The translations under genes were made by a program, and so were the position numbers. Below are positions 1-14,552 of a DNA stretch of 64,000 nt, one piece after another. Every line of letters begins with the position of its first letter. Positions within the stretch are counted from its first letter, which is position 1. Under the pieces are notes generated by a model that was given only the letters and a program-made list of their open reading frames with translations, had not been told where the DNA came from and did no database searches. Origin of the DNA: Bugula neritina. Its lineage: Eukaryota; Animalia; Bryozoa. Location of the stretch: NCBI GenBank assembly GCA_964035545.1, contig OZ037771.1, forward strand, positions 10,916,480 to 10,980,479, written 5' to 3'.

Positions 1-1350
1 CTCCTGCTGTTAACGTTCTCCATAAATCTAATGACAAATCATCCCTGTCTATGAAATATTACGGAACAGCGTTGCACCCAGCCTTATTTTACCTGCAGAC
101 ACCAAGTAGAAGATGGTCCACAGGTGCAACTCTAGCCCTGCACCAACATTAACTCATGAGGATTGTTCTGCCAATGCTAGTTATTTAGAATAAGTGCTAC
201 TGTTGCACACTATAATTACATTATTATATTAAGAGTTGGTTTGAAGGAAAAATAAATACACATGTTAAAAAAAATTACTTATTTGAAAACTAGTGTAGTG
301 ATGATTTGTTAGTTGATTAATTTCTTAAACTGGTACACAGTGTTATAATATGCTATTAATACTAAACTGATGTACATTGTACAAAAGTTTTGGCATGTTA
401 TGGAGAGAAGACAACTTGTATACTAAAAGCTTGCAAACATGTGGACAGATAACTCCGTGTACTATCATGAACGAATCGCTGGTAGTTTTCTAGTACATGG
501 TTAGCAAGAGATTAAAATAAATCACGGGAAGCAAATGAGAAAAAAAGTGTGGTTTGAACTCTTAGTAACAGAGTATAATATGAAGCTTATAGCAATTCAT
601 TTGCAGTTAGGTTGCTTGTAATGCATGGTAAATAATTGGACCAGAAGAAATGTACAAGAAAAAACTAGACAGAAAACAACACCAGTTGGTTTTGCTTTGG
701 CTTGCAGTATTTTATTAATACACAAATAAAGACAAAAGAGGCAACAAAACTTTTGTAGAGCACAGGCTATTGTAACAGCTGACCAGCAAGCTAATTGCAA
801 CCACATGCAAAGTTATTCCAACAAAGCTTCACCAGAAAACTTTCTCCCCAAGTCTCATTTTATCAGCTGATCCACGTTTCCATGAAGCAAGATATCAAGT
901 TACACACGCCTAGAACATGTGAAGTCATTGCTAGCTTTTCTACTTCCTTCCAATTTACCTGCAGACTGTGTGATGGATATGATTGACAGATTTCTAACCA
1001 ATAAAATAAGTTCACCCTCCCATGACTCCGACATACTCATCACCCACAATAGCTATGAAAGCAAATGTACAAAAATAGTGGCCAGTGTTGTATGAATACA
1101 TGCCATTAGTTACCAGACACAGAAAAATAAGTGGACAATGAAATGCCAATTTGTTAAAGATATTATCTGCTCAAATATTGTAGTCGGTATAAACTTTATA
1201 TAATCAATTATCCAAATGAAGAGAAAGGGGGACGAAAGCAAATAGTAAATCATTTAAATGCCAGTAAAGATGATCTCTTCAAGTTAAAAATATTTAAGAC
1301 GGTCTAAATTATTCAGTAATATTGTTCTCTGTAGCGAGAGTCGTTGTTGT

Positions 1351-3458
1351 TTATGTCAGTTGCCATGGTAACTTGAACATCTCTGCAGGAAGAGGGACAC
1401 AGTGCGTAGAGGTCATATCTTCCATGTACTTACTTGCCTACAAACAGTTGAAGAAAAACTAGATTCCCCATGTATCTCACCAAAATACACCAACCATTAC
1501 AGTGTGATGACAATTTTCTTATTAAATCCATTTAAAACACAGGTTATGTTCAAGCTAAACTTCAGTCGTATAATATAGAGGAATAATGAGAATGTAGCAG
1601 GATCAGCGATGAATAGATTTAAGTTATCAAATTCATTTAGAGCCGGCAAATCTGTAAAAGTCACTAACAGTTATGTACAGTCTAGATAGAACTTAGTAAA
1701 AGGAATTATATATCAAAAGTGTTAAACGTAAGATAAAAAAACAGTTTCAGCACAAAAGGAGTTCATGAAAAACCGAAAGTCCTAAATTCAGCTGAAAAAA
1801 TACTCTGTACTCGCCATATGAGACATGAGCAATCGTAGGACAGGAAATATTCTATACAATTATTCAAAATTCAAATAAAAAATATCAAAGGTTGAGGCCT
1901 CATGATTTGCCGGCATATATTAGGAACACCTCTTGATGCTAACACACATTGACCAATGACATGGTCATATTCAATATGGTATACTATGTGTTAATGCAGA
2001 CCTATGAAAAAAAAACAGCATTTATTTTGCTATATCATTGCCAATTCTCATCTTATAGAAGACTGGAATTTTATGCATGTGTTTCACTGATATTGAAATA
2101 TACACCTTAGAAAAACTCATCAGGTAAAGACATATCTGTACAAACCAAATAAAGAGCCAAATGATCTTTTACAGATTGGTCTAAATCATCTCCACCTAGC
2201 ATTGGTATCGCCATGTCATTCTGTCTAGCTAAATCTTGTAGTGTTACGTGACACACATCAAAATCTATGTCTTTATCAGAAAGGAAAACTTCTAAAAACA
2301 CAGTAAAATCACACATCAACACTACAAGTGATATCATATAAGACGATGCAAGGGCTGCACGCTGTAGGCAACATGGGGCTACTAAAATATCACACAGAGG
2401 CATGAGCAGGAGGATACAAATATCATAAAACATGAAGCATAATACAATGAACCATAAGCCTTTCATATTGATGGGATTGATAGTAGTGGAGGTAAATTAT
2501 ATAACTACTTAGAGTAGAGGATATCAACTAGTTGAAGTAGCAGATATCAACTAGTTAGGGTAGAAGATATCAACTAGTTAGAGTAAAGGATATTAACTAG
2601 TTAGAGTAGAGGATATCAACTAGTTAGAGTAGAGGATATCAACTAGTTAGAGTAGAGGATATCAACTAGTTAGAGTAGAGGATATCAACTAGTTAGAGTA
2701 GAGGATATCAACTAGTTAGGGTAAAGGATATCAACTAGTTAGGGTAGAAGATATCAACTAGTTAGAGTAGCAGATATCAACTAGTTAGAGTAGAGGATAT
2801 CAACTAGTTAGAGTAGAGGATATCAACTAGTTAGGGTAGAGGATATCAACTAGTTAGAGTAAAGGATATTAACTAGTTAGAGTAGAGGATATCAACTAGT
2901 TAGAGTAGCAGATATCAACTAGTTAGGGTAGAGGATATCAACTAGTTAGAGTAGAGGATATTAACTAGTTAGAGTAGAGGATATCAACTAGTTAGGGTAA
3001 AGGATATCAACTAGTTAGAGTAGCAGATATCAACTAGTTAGAGTAGAGGATATCAACTAGTTAGGGTAGAGGATATCAACTAGTTAGAGTAGAGGATATC
3101 AACTAGTTAGAGTAGAGGATATTAACTAGTTAGAGTAGAGGATATCAACTAGTTAGGGTAAAGGATATCAACTAGTTAGAGTAGAGGATATCAACTAGTT
3201 AGAGTAAAGGATATCAACTAGTTAGAGTAGAGGATATCAACTAGTTAGAGTAGAGGATATCAACTAGTTAGGGTAAACTTACGTTTCATGTTCTCAGTGA
3301 ATGAGAGATATTGAGTGACTACAGCTATAGATTCAGTGTTGAGTATTTTTGGATATCTGTGCTCTAATATTTTGATAAGCAGGAAATTTCCTCTGTTGGT
3401 AGCAACGTTTGCTGGATTTCTATAAGAAGCAGCAAATCTTAAACAACAGCTATATAGT

Positions 3459-3507
<49 letters not shown>

Positions 3508-6500
3508 ATAGTAGTAACAGTAGTGGTAGTAGTAGTAGTGGTGGTAGTAGCAGTAGTAGTAGTAGTAGCAGTAGTATTAGTAGTAGTAGTAGTAGTATCA
3601 CTAGTGTCACTAGTAATATTAGTAATAGTAGTAGTAGTATTAGTAACAGTACTAGTGGTAGAAGCAGTAGCAGTAGTTATATCACTAGTAGTAGTAGTAG
3701 CAGTAGTAGTATCATTAGTAGTAGTAGTAGCGGTAGTAGTAACAGCAGTAGTAACAGTAGTAGTAGTAACAGTAGTAGTAAAAGTAACAGTAACAGCAGT
3801 AGCAGTAATAGTACTAGTTGTAGTTGTTGCTGGTTTAGTAACACTGCCTCCAGAAGCACTAGCGATAGACTTACGTTGAAATCATCTCATCCTGTGTCCT
3901 CCTTATCAGTTTCACAGGCCCATCATACTTATTAACCCAACTGGCAATGTCAAGGTTAAAATATTTCCTTACAGCTATATCAACTAGCCCGCCTACAAGC
4001 ACAGCATTATACACAATATCCACACATATATCTATTTTAATGCAATAAAATCATGTAACTTAGAGGTCTGAAAACACAAAACATAATAAAAGATTAAAAC
4101 TGTTCACTCTTATTATAATGATTTTCGGTCCACAATAACAACAAATTGACGCTAATATAATTTATATTCAATGCCAAAAAAACAATACAGGACAAATGGT
4201 TTCTAAATCAGAGTTGAACAGTGTGTTGCCTTTGGCACAGAGTAAGCCCATATCCTCTCCAATCAGTGGCTGAGACCCATTTACTTATTATGGTTGTGAG
4301 ATATTTTGAATATGAGTAAAACAGAAGATGTCCAGAATTCATTGTGAATCTGACTTATTATTGATGAGACAACACAATTGAGTGGCAATATAGCAGCTAG
4401 CTATTGGCAATACAAGAGAGTAATTCTCGAACAGTTGAATTACTATTTAGAGTTATATTTGGGGAGAATAATGGTGGAACCAGATAATTGGTGGGCCAAG
4501 CGATTTGCATATGAACAAATGGGGAGGGGAGGTATATGATGATATACATACATACCCATCCAGACAGGCATTCTATTCGCAGCTAACGGTAAGATATCAT
4601 CAAAAGTAGCGTCTAGAATCTAAAACATAACTGACAACGTAACGCTGCCTGCTAAACTAAGAATGCTGGTGCTGAAACTTAAAAATTAACTTTGGAAATA
4701 TATAATTGTGACATCACACTGAGAGGTGTTTGTTGTTACTTGTATAGAATCACTTACTAATGCTTTGCATTCTGGGTAATTAGCAGCAGCCCAAGAAGAG
4801 GCGAACCCGCCAATAGACCAACTGAAGAATATGATCTGATCAACAGGAAAGTTAAGCTTGTTGAGGGCAAACTGGACGACTGTGTCTATTGCATTGTGTT
4901 CCTGTAAGGTAGGACACTGGTTGAATATTATTTATACCACCGATGTCATACAAGGAAACACTGTAAAGTAATGCCTGCGTAACCAGATAAAAATATTTAC
5001 CTGAAGGAAACAGCTCAATGCATTAAAGAAGCAACTCAAAACAAAGATCCTGACTAATTAATTTTATCTAACAACTACTGAGCACAGTTCTTGCAGTCAT
5101 GAAATGTTTCAAAGACACAGATATATTGTACTAGATACCAGCATGTTAATGGCTAACAGTTTCACATTATATCTAAATTATCAACACAAATACATGGTTT
5201 TGTAAAACTAGCCTACAAGGCTAAGCAAATAGCCAGTATATAGTGTGATCAAACAGAACCTGCTCGGGATGGGGTTTGCCAGTACTGGATCCAAATCCAG
5301 GGTGATTCCAGCCTAGAATAGAGTAACCTTTCTGGAGAGGGGCATCCATGCAACCAGCCTCATAAAATGCAGCATTCCCCTCACTTACAATGACCTTCAT
5401 AAAAGTAAACAGTGAAACATGTGGCTAGGAGAAAACATGAATATTTCATAACACGGCTTATTCACAGAGTTTCCATGAGCTACCTGTTGCAATATTTGGC
5501 AAACTTTGATGAGAAAATACATACGTAACTGTGAAAATGAGGGCTACGAAAACACAAATGCTTACACCGGTATGTGTACACACAGACACAGGGTATAAAG
5601 GTATAAACTGATTCACACATATAAACCAACTACATACCAGCGTGTTACCATTCTCTGTATCGTGATGCCTTCTGTCAATAAATACCGAGTCAATATGGTT
5701 CCCTTCATAGGTTTCTAACTTATATCTCTTACCACTATACTATAACATGAGAACCAAAAAGAGATATACAGTTTACTAAAACATGCAGAACAGCAAACGA
5801 TTTATTACATAATAAGCCTTCAAACAACATGGAACCCGATACATGTTTGAGCAGACAAACAGTAAAACTATGTAATATGTATAAATTAAAGCCGTCAGCC
5901 TTAACTTAACAACCAGTTTCCCCAAGAAGCTTACTGCTGTGGTTTAGCTTAGATCCGCAAACTGATTTTAAACAAAATTATCAAACGCTAATAGAATAAG
6001 TTAGAGCGAAAAAGCACTTACTGATTCGACTAACTTCTTCCGCCCAAGTAACAGATTTGGCCCTACAAAAATTGCAACTTCAAGTGAGCTTCGAGTACAC
6101 AAAATACTTCACAATACCTATGTGCATGGCTAACAAAAGGGCAAGATAAAATGTCTCTAAGTTGTTCACAAATTTTATGATCACCTAATGCAGTAGATAT
6201 AGAAGATGGTTGGCATGATGCAACTAAATATAAAAGTATATCTAATAAGCTAAAAAGAGCTCACCTAAAATGGGATCAACAAAAATTTCGTAACATTCGT
6301 TAAATTTAAAGTTAATTACACTAAAATGGTTTCATGCTTGAAAATATAATTGGGGCTAAATAATAAATTGCTTTCCAGCTGCATAGCAAGTTATAAAATT
6401 TATAAAAAAAAATTCATTTTATGTAGGATAGCATATAAACTAAATCAGAATAGTCAAGTTTAAACTAGGTTGTGAATGATTATTGAGCTAGAAATGTTGA

Positions 6501-9500
6501 GCTGTGGTGACACATTTGACCATATAAGTTAAATACATGCAGATTATACTTGGCCACCACCTCAGATTGTAGGGGGAACACTAAAATCTGCCACCATTTC
6601 AGATTGTAGGGGGAACATTATAATCAGCCACCACCTCAGAGTGTGGGGAGAACACTATATACAAGAGAGAGTGCGTCTCACCTATCATAGCATTCAGCAA
6701 ATCTGTACTGCCGGGATAAATCATCCAGCGAGCAAATGAGTGAGCAGCTAAATAACTGCAAAACAAGAGCAGATATGTGACTGCTTTCAGTCAGTGTAGA
6801 ATGTAATGGAAGCAGCAAACAGTTGTCATACATATGTTAAATATAGGTTATCCCGATGTTACAGAGGCAAATTACCTTGGAACACCGACAAATACAATGA
6901 AAATAATTAACAGAAGTAATAGTTTTTTACACAGTTTTATACTGCAGAGTGGAAGAGACACAAATCACTGTTTACAGAAAAACACTGGAAAGAGTCACAT
7001 AGGCAAGATAAAACTAATGACTTGAATATATTGATTGAACTACACGTTTTCAATAGGTTGAAGACCTAGCTTATTTGGGAATATATTAGAAGCTTAGTAC
7101 TCAATATCTCAATGCAGTGACACAGACTCTGTAGTGATAACAGAGATCTGAGGATACACACCTTAGAACTTGAAAAGGAATAAGTTTCACTTTCTGAGAA
7201 AAGCTGAGCTGTTGGGTATCTGATTGCTGGTTTACAGACACTGGACGGCTTCTACAAACAGACAGCCCTAGACATGAGTTGCACTCTTGACGTGACTAGA
7301 AGGAGTAAAGAACTAAGTGTCCGCACATCTAAATTTATTGAAAAATTAGGAAAAAACAGACAATCCAGCAAAATTAAAAAAAGCCTTGATTATAGAGGGG
7401 TTTCAGACATCCCTCCAGAGGAATTTGTATTTTAAAGTTGTCTCCCCCTACAGGTATTGGGGGCAGTCTCAATGATATATAGAAGGCCCATAAAATAAGT
7501 AGAGATGTATGGTTTGAGTGAAGACTATTACTAGTATAAGTTTCATTTTTTCTGAGATTAATATTTTGGCATAGGTACACATATGAGCAGTTTCAGAAAT
7601 TTTTTAAAAAATTTTGTTAATGATAAATGGCACAAAAAGAAAACTTCAAAGCATATTTGTGGTTTTAGTTATTGAGCAAATCTGAAGCTGGCAGCTGTCA
7701 TTATGATTTGCTTTGCTGACTGTAACCAGTCTGGTTAGAGCTGCTAACCTTTCAACTCTTAGAACAATAATAACATGCTCGTACACTATATAGCTGCACT
7801 AGTGGGCTCTGTCTTACTGAACTCCAAATGCTCCAAATTATGGGTTGGAACACATGCCTGTACGTTTATGAAGGCACTGGCTCATTTGTATTAACATGTT
7901 CACGTACTTACACACCTATACTATGAAAATAACTAAGCCACCCTACTATCTAATATTTCTATATATCAAAAAAATTATTATAAATATAAAGATATGTACT
8001 AAACTAGATAGATTAAATTTGTAATTTCAAACAACATCTTATCTAAAAATGCCAAACACTGTATAACTATATATATTTTTTAAAAGCATTTGTTTACATG
8101 GCATGCCTGCAAGTCAATGAAAATATTTAAAGAACAGTAAAAAGAAGCATATAAATTTCAGAATAGTTTCTTCTTTTCTGAGATAAATATTTTGGAAATG
8201 TCCCACAATTCAACATTTAAATTAAGTCTGTAAAAAAATTTTTCACAGTGTATTTTCAATGAATAATTATTCTTGCAAGCTGGTTTGTGTTTGTTCTGGC
8301 ATGCCATTTTACAGTGGTCTAGTTAACTAGGTCAAAGTTCATTGAGGTGGAATTGTTTTATTAACCTCCTTGTGTTGATAAAATACTATCATTGGATTTA
8401 GAGCTTCTCTAAGCAACTTCGCAGTCTGATTAAATATCTGCGATACCTGCCTATTAGACAATCCAAACCTAAAAAATAATATACTAAATCTTTGTATTAC
8501 ATGTATGGATGAAAAATAATGCAACAAATTGGCTAAAGCATGTTCAAGTAATGTGAAAAACTCGAAATATAAATGAGTCAAACTAGAGCTAGTCAAGTGT
8601 GTGGTGTTTTTGGCCGATTTATATGTGTTGTTTAATCAGCTTATTATGTAGTGATGTAATCCTATATAATGTAATTTAAGTTAGACAGCTAAAGTCGGAC
8701 AGTTCTCATCGTGCACTTTCTTGAATAAGCAGTTATGTAATATAGAGAGACAGCTACTCAACAGAGAGCTTCAAGCAAACAAAATTCTTGCAACGAGGTT
8801 GATTGAATACAAAACAGCTGCTGTTATTCTTATAGCAGCATGCATTGTATAAGAGATAGCCTGATGGTTAACATAGTTTACATACAGTGACATACCACTG
8901 AAAATTATTAGAAACCACAGAAAAGATATAAAGGAGAGAATGCTGGCACAAAGGAAGTATAGCAATGCGGTCAAATATATGGCTGAAAACTGACCTAGAG
9001 ATAAATAAGTACAAAATGTACATAATATAGCTAAATCAGTAAAGCCAAATGATTTGATATAAAAAGTATTATCTGGGAATTTAGTGAAACTTAGTAGCAT
9101 TATTTAGAACTCCACCTTTGAGCAAGATTCGTATGGAGTAAAGCCAATCTTAATTTTATTAGTGTCATAAGAATGCAGTCATTATGACATAGTTCGTTCT
9201 TTCTATACTTTACAGCTGGTACTAAATGTACATTTCAACTTTTTTTTTGAAAACAAAATAAGTTGCTTTGGCTGAAAAGTGCTTTTTTTTAATGATTTTT
9301 TTTCTGCAATGCAGCAGTATACAATTTACAATGCTCCAAAAACATTTCTTTATTAGGAATGTTGGTATACAAACAGCTTGCAAGAATAATTATTCATTGA
9401 AAATACACTGTGAAAAATTCTTTTACAGACTTAATTTAAATGTTGAATTGTGGGACATTTCCAAAATATTTATCTCAGAAAAGAAGAAACTATTCTGAAA

Positions 9501-12500
9501 TTTATATGCTTCTTTTTACTGTTCTTTAAATATTTTCATTGACTTGCAGGCATGCCATGTAAACAAATGCTTTTAAAAAATATATATAGTTATACAGCGT
9601 TTGGCATTTTTAGATAAGATGTTGTTTGAAATTAAAAATTTAATCTATCTATTTTAGTACATATCTTTATATTTATAATAATCTTTTTGATATATAGAAA
9701 TATTAGATAGCAGGGTGGCTTAGTTATTTTCATAGTATAGGTGTGTAAGTACGTGAACATGTTAATACAAATGAGCCAGTGCCTTCATAAACGTACAGGC
9801 ATGTGTTCCAACCCATAATTTAGAGCATTTGGAGTTCAGTAAGACAGAGCCCACTAGTGCAGCTATATAGTGTACGAGCATGTTATTATTGTTCTAAGAG
9901 TTGAAAGGTTAGCAGCTCTAACCAGACTGGTTACAGTCAGCAAAGCAAATCATAATGACAGCTGCCAGCTTCAGATTTGCTCAATAACCAAAACCACAAA
10001 TATGCTTTGAAGTTTTCTTTTTGTGCCATTTATCATTAACAAAATTTTTTAAAAAATTTCTGAAACTGCTCATATGTGTACCTATGCCAAAATATTAATC
10101 TCAGAAAAAATGAAACTTATACTAGTAATAGTCTTCACTCAAACCATACATCTCTACTTATTTTATGGGCCTTCTATATATTATTGAGACTGCCCCTAAT
10201 ACCTGTAGGGGGAGACAACTTTAAAATACAAATTCCTCTGGAGGGATGTCTGAAACCCCTCTATTCAGCTGTATTTGTTAATATTTTATCAGTTTAAAGC
10301 AAAAAAACTATATATATTAGCTGGTAAATTGTCAAAAATACTTAAAAACTAGAGATATATAGTATGTACCGAATCAAGTAAAATTACCCATATGCAATAT
10401 AAGCACAGAAATTATGTAATGTGAGAGGATCAAAGTTACCTGTTATTTTTTAATGAGTAATTTACTGGCCAATGACTAAACTGAAAGTCATATTTAGCGA
10501 GAGTCGAGGGTGGCAAACGGCCAGTTCTGACTTTATTGAGCTCTTCTGCGAATACTTTGTAGGCGGAGTTTGACATTCTACCAAATCCTAAACATTAAAG
10601 TCATGCAATTAACAAGACACAGTTTTAATTAAAAGCAACCACGTTATCAACAAGGAATACCACAACTATGCATTTTACATTGAACAATTCTATTGTGTAA
10701 AATTGCAAGTAGCTAACAACTCAGCTGTTCACAAGAAACCTTCATCAACACTATATACGAAAATGACAGTATAGAATGTGTGGAAAAAACCTTGAAACAG
10801 TGACTGTAGAAAAATTAGGTTTGCATGTACCTATCATATGCATCAACAGATGTTATTTCAAAACCTAAACTTCTTGCAAAATATTTGTAAAAGGATCAAC
10901 AAAAACTATGCAACTGCTTTGTCAGAAATATATTTTGAAATAAACAACTCTTTCATCAATGATAAATAAGATATAATGCACGTGAGTGGAGCGTAGAGCC
11001 ATCTAGTCAGAGTATGCAGCCCTAGAAACTCTGCCCCTGCTACATGGCTATCTCGAGATTGTAGATCTGAAGATTAGGGTTCTCACCTCGAGTTAGATGT
11101 GCTGCATAGTAGACAGCAACTGTGGCTGCAACTATCTTGGCATAGTACGACAAACCGTCTGCACTGTGGAATATTCCTCTTCGATAGAACATTATGAGCA
11201 AGAGAGGAGAAAAGAAGTAACACACACTCCAGCTAGCACGCAGCTAAAATAATAATATACTTCCTTTTCATATTAATGGATCTCTAGGCTACCAATAGCT
11301 AGATATGGGCCATCACATCTGATTGAGAATACTTGTGGCTTTATCAATTACAAGGTAAACACACAATTTCAAAAAGTGACACAACACAAATAAATACTTG
11401 CACACAATAAGTAGAGTGATGACTTACACAGTTTATGATTCTTGAGGAATACGCTTCTGCCTTGTTTTCAGCATATACTGTACTCTGCAATTGGCATTAA
11501 ATTAAACATAATAGTTAGCCTGTAGACAAGTCATCAATGCATCTATCTGTATTACTGTATGGAAATCATGGCCAGCAGTAAACAAATGGTAGGATGCTTA
11601 AAGTCATGATACTCTGCATACAAGGCTAACAAGTTAATGGTATTTTATTAACCAGCCAAATTAAACACACCATTTTACTGGATATGAATTTTCTCGTATA
11701 TCCCAACAAATGAATAAACATTCAGGGCCCTATTACAAATAATTGAGTGCAAAGACATGATTTATTAATGAGATGCCATTTAAAATAGTTGAATGCAAAA
11801 ATGGGTCAGTTACTAGGTTGCATGATAATCAATTTAGCACTTGTGGAGTCAAATTCCAGTTTGGTCCTTTTATTTAAAAATATCTACAAATTCTAAATGA
11901 CCTTGTGGTCATTACTCTTATTGGTTGTATTACAGATTTGTGTTATTTGCTGAGTTAATCTCCTACTATCTACCTAGCTGTGAGGCTGGGATAGACAAAA
12001 CTTTTCAAAAGACATGAACTGCGCCTAGTGAAGTTATTTGTTGAGCAAGTAGGCATTTGTTCTCGGCTTCTCCAACTATAAGCCGTCAAATCTACAGTCC
12101 TGTATGTAGCCCCAAAAGCTTCAATTACAATTGGGAAGACTTCTGTTAATGGTTATCAAGAGCTGGTGGGTTCATGTGCCAGATCCCAATATTGTCTAAA
12201 TCTTCTTTTGTAGTTACGTGTGACAACGGTATCCATGATAATTGTTTATGCATTGCGCTTTTAAACTACCACAATCTCAGGCCCCTGAGCTAGATTTTCA
12301 TGTCATTTCCCATGAATTTTTATTTCTCTTTTTCGTCTCCTTTAGCTAAGGTCTCACATCCACTATGTACATACAACAGGGTTTCGTCACTTGAACTACA
12401 AATCTGGCACTTTTTGCTGCTTTGTTTTTTATTATGGCCACTTTTTAATTTATGATGGAAAGTGGTTGATTCTGAGCAGTCAACAATATTACATTTGTTC

Positions 12501-14552
12501 CGTTTTTAACTGATCGGATCTTAGCCAGTTACATGAGCAGGCTTTCACCCTATCACTTTTTTAACTTACCGACAATGAAAAACTTTTTCCTTTCACCAAA
12601 CAGTTCTTCCAATAATTTTGTCATTATTCAGTTCTACAGCGGCCTTTTTGTTTAGGAAATTATTCAGTATAGTGTCTCTATATATGTTATTTTTATGTCA
12701 TCCAACATACTGCCTTTCTCCTACCCAGTTGACAAACCTTTTCACATCTGCTATTGGGTGAAGTGCAAAATGTGTTGTCATAAATTTCTTGTTTTTCTGC
12801 AAATGTCTCTTTCAGCTTATTAACTGTATAACACACTGGGCTGTAACTGATATGTATTATTTCCTCTTACCACATTCCATTCATTTAATTTTGAGTCAAG
12901 AAAGTTTTTATTTATTTATAGTAGGTACTCTTTCCTGAGTAGGATCACAGGATCACGGTGGTGAAAGGTGACTACCACTCTTACCTGATCTTGTTTAATT
13001 CTTCTATTGCCATTATATCTGTCTCTAGAACTCTAGTGTATTTATACAACTCCTCAATGAGGTCTTAAATTACCTGCTTATCAGGCAAACCTGTGCGATT
13101 GATTTTCTTCTATTTATCTATACTTAGTGTAGCACACTTTGCAATCCAAATTTTATTTCAATATCTCCATTGAAGATCCTGGCAGTGTTTGTTAGGTTTC
13201 AATTCATAACTTGGATCATCTATAAAGCTTTGAGTCACCTATCTCTATTTTGCCCTGTTTCGGTAGCAGGATCTATAAAGCTTTGAGTCACCCATTAATA
13301 GGATATGGTTTACTTTCATACACACTTTCCTGTACATTATTGCCTTCTCAAGCATGAGATGATCTTCTGTGCGTTTTGTCTTTTAACGCATCCTTTTTGC
13401 TCATCTTGAATGACATTTTGACATCAGTAATTCACAGTGGCCTTTATATTTATTTTATATGCAAATTATACACTCTAAGTTGTACTTTGAGTAAAAATTT
13501 AGCAGTCATTGTGGGCTTACCAAAAGAATTATATTTGTTCGATGTATAACATATTATTTAGTTTGATTCACCCCTGTGACAAGTTCAGCTTATTTTCAAA
13601 CAGCAAAATGTTCTTAGTCTTTGTAATCCCACTGTATAGCAAGCATTTATAAGCAAATTCTACAGCTCAATAGCTAAAAAGGGCATAAAAATTGGAAACA
13701 TATTTTGAAATAGCTTTCTATTTGATTTATTGATTATGATTAACAACAAAATAAACATTCGTATTTGACTATCATAATTCACTATCTATAGACACAAAAG
13801 TTAAACTAAAAGTATATTGTACGAACTTTAGCATGTTTTTCATTCTATAGTAAAAACTAAATAATGTAAAATAACTATAAGTATAAGCATTAGTATAACT
13901 ATAAATAACTATTCACCTGCCCCTTGGGTCCGGTTTCAGTGAATCTTTTTTAAAAGATTTGATTAACTTATTACTAAATAAGAATAGTAATACATCAAGT
14001 ATAACTAAAATTGATGCCAAATAACTAATACTTGAAGTTAGTAGTAATAGTAATAGCTACTAATAAGTGATACTAATACTAATAGTAATACTGAAAAGTA
14101 AAATAATATTATTAGGAATAACCATTGGCTTTCTAAAGGGCCTGCACATACTGTTTATTGGTTAAGTTTTAGTCTTAATTTTTAACCTTCAAGTTCAATG
14201 TATGACAACTCGCATGATTGTGAGATTTGACTTAGAGTTTAACTTTAAGTTTACTCTATCACTATGATGATAGGCTATCAGTATCATTGATATGACAATA
14301 GTTATTTACCTAATGCCATTGTGATTACCATGATCACAAGGATTGTGTATCAGTATTATAATTTTCGAATGATTGTCACAGTTACTGCACCTCAACTTGA
14401 ACTTGCAACTTAAATTAAAATTTCAAAACATAGTAAATGATAGTTTCAGTTTGACTTCAACTTGGAGTCAGTTAGTAACTTACAGCATGAGAGCCATCCT
14501 TGTAACGATAGAAGAGCTGTGGCCCAGATGTGAACATCCAAACAAACGCCAT
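1351..14552 (-). CDS. ABHD16A: ABHD16A (BAT5) phosphatidylserine lipase, alpha/beta hydrolase, ~522 aa, 15 exons
   Basis: Manually spliced exons, all GT-AG with consistent phases: 14484-14552, 11428-11484, 11087-11243, 10440-10587, 7162-7251, 6682-6755, 6022-6062, 5638-5739, 5260-5394, 4758-4901, 4556-4619, 3875-3992, 3283-3419, 2146-2291, 1351-1437 (1569 nt). Family motifs: SEGNAAFYE, GYSILGWNHPGFGSSTG, nucleophile WSIGG, ILDATFDD, LIRRTQDE, NRGNFLL, C-terminal STHCVPLP..FKLPW. Confidence 0.95.
2512..3276. repeat. 23-bp minisatellite (AGTAGAGGATATCAACTAGTTAG)n, ~33 copies, in an ABHD16A intron
   Basis: Visible tandem array that ends a few bases from the splice donor at 3281-3282. Confidence 0.97.
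3455..3835. repeat. Compound (CAG)n/(GTA)n trinucleotide tract filling an ABHD16A intron
   Basis: Visible between exons 3283-3419 and 3875-3992. It accounts for the poly-Leu/Val/Ala ORFs. Confidence 0.95.
6553..6657. repeat. Three copies of a ~37-bp unit (GCCACCACCTCAGATTGTAGGGGGAACACT...)
   Basis: Visible tandem repeat in an ABHD16A intron. Confidence 0.85.
7394..10262 (-). mobile_element. Non-autonomous ISL2EU-like (PIF/Harbinger-related) DNA transposon with ~890-bp TIRs
   Basis: Arms 7394-8282 and 9374-10262 are near-perfect reverse complements. Termini AGAGGGG...CCCCTCT are flanked by AT (7392-7393, 10263-10264). The minus-strand spacer fragment FRFGLSNRQVSQIFN...MIVFYQHKEVNKTIP resembles the HTH region preceding DDE_Tnp_4 transposase domains. 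Confidence 0.8.
11990..13400 (-). mobile_element. Heavily decayed non-LTR retrotransposon remnant (R4/NeSL-like restriction-like endonuclease region)
   Basis: Minus-strand fragments PEIVVV*..IIMDTVV, QYWDLAHE and VFPIVIEAFGA resemble the PD..D, KY.DL..E and PIVIGALG motifs. Many stops. Boundaries approximate. Confidence 0.45.

Noticed and set aside
93-137. Possible 45-bp minus-strand exon of a neighbouring gene (another donor-like site near 959)
   Set aside because: Splice-like signals are present, but the segment is too short to assign a frame or product
3260-3879. Poly-Leu/Val/Ala ORFs as membrane proteins
   Set aside because: They are translations of an intronic triplet repeat. Only 3283-3419 is a real exon.
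7374-10297. Duplicated small ORF MYLCQNINLR... on opposite strands
   Set aside because: Both copies lie in the transposon TIRs and show no coding signature
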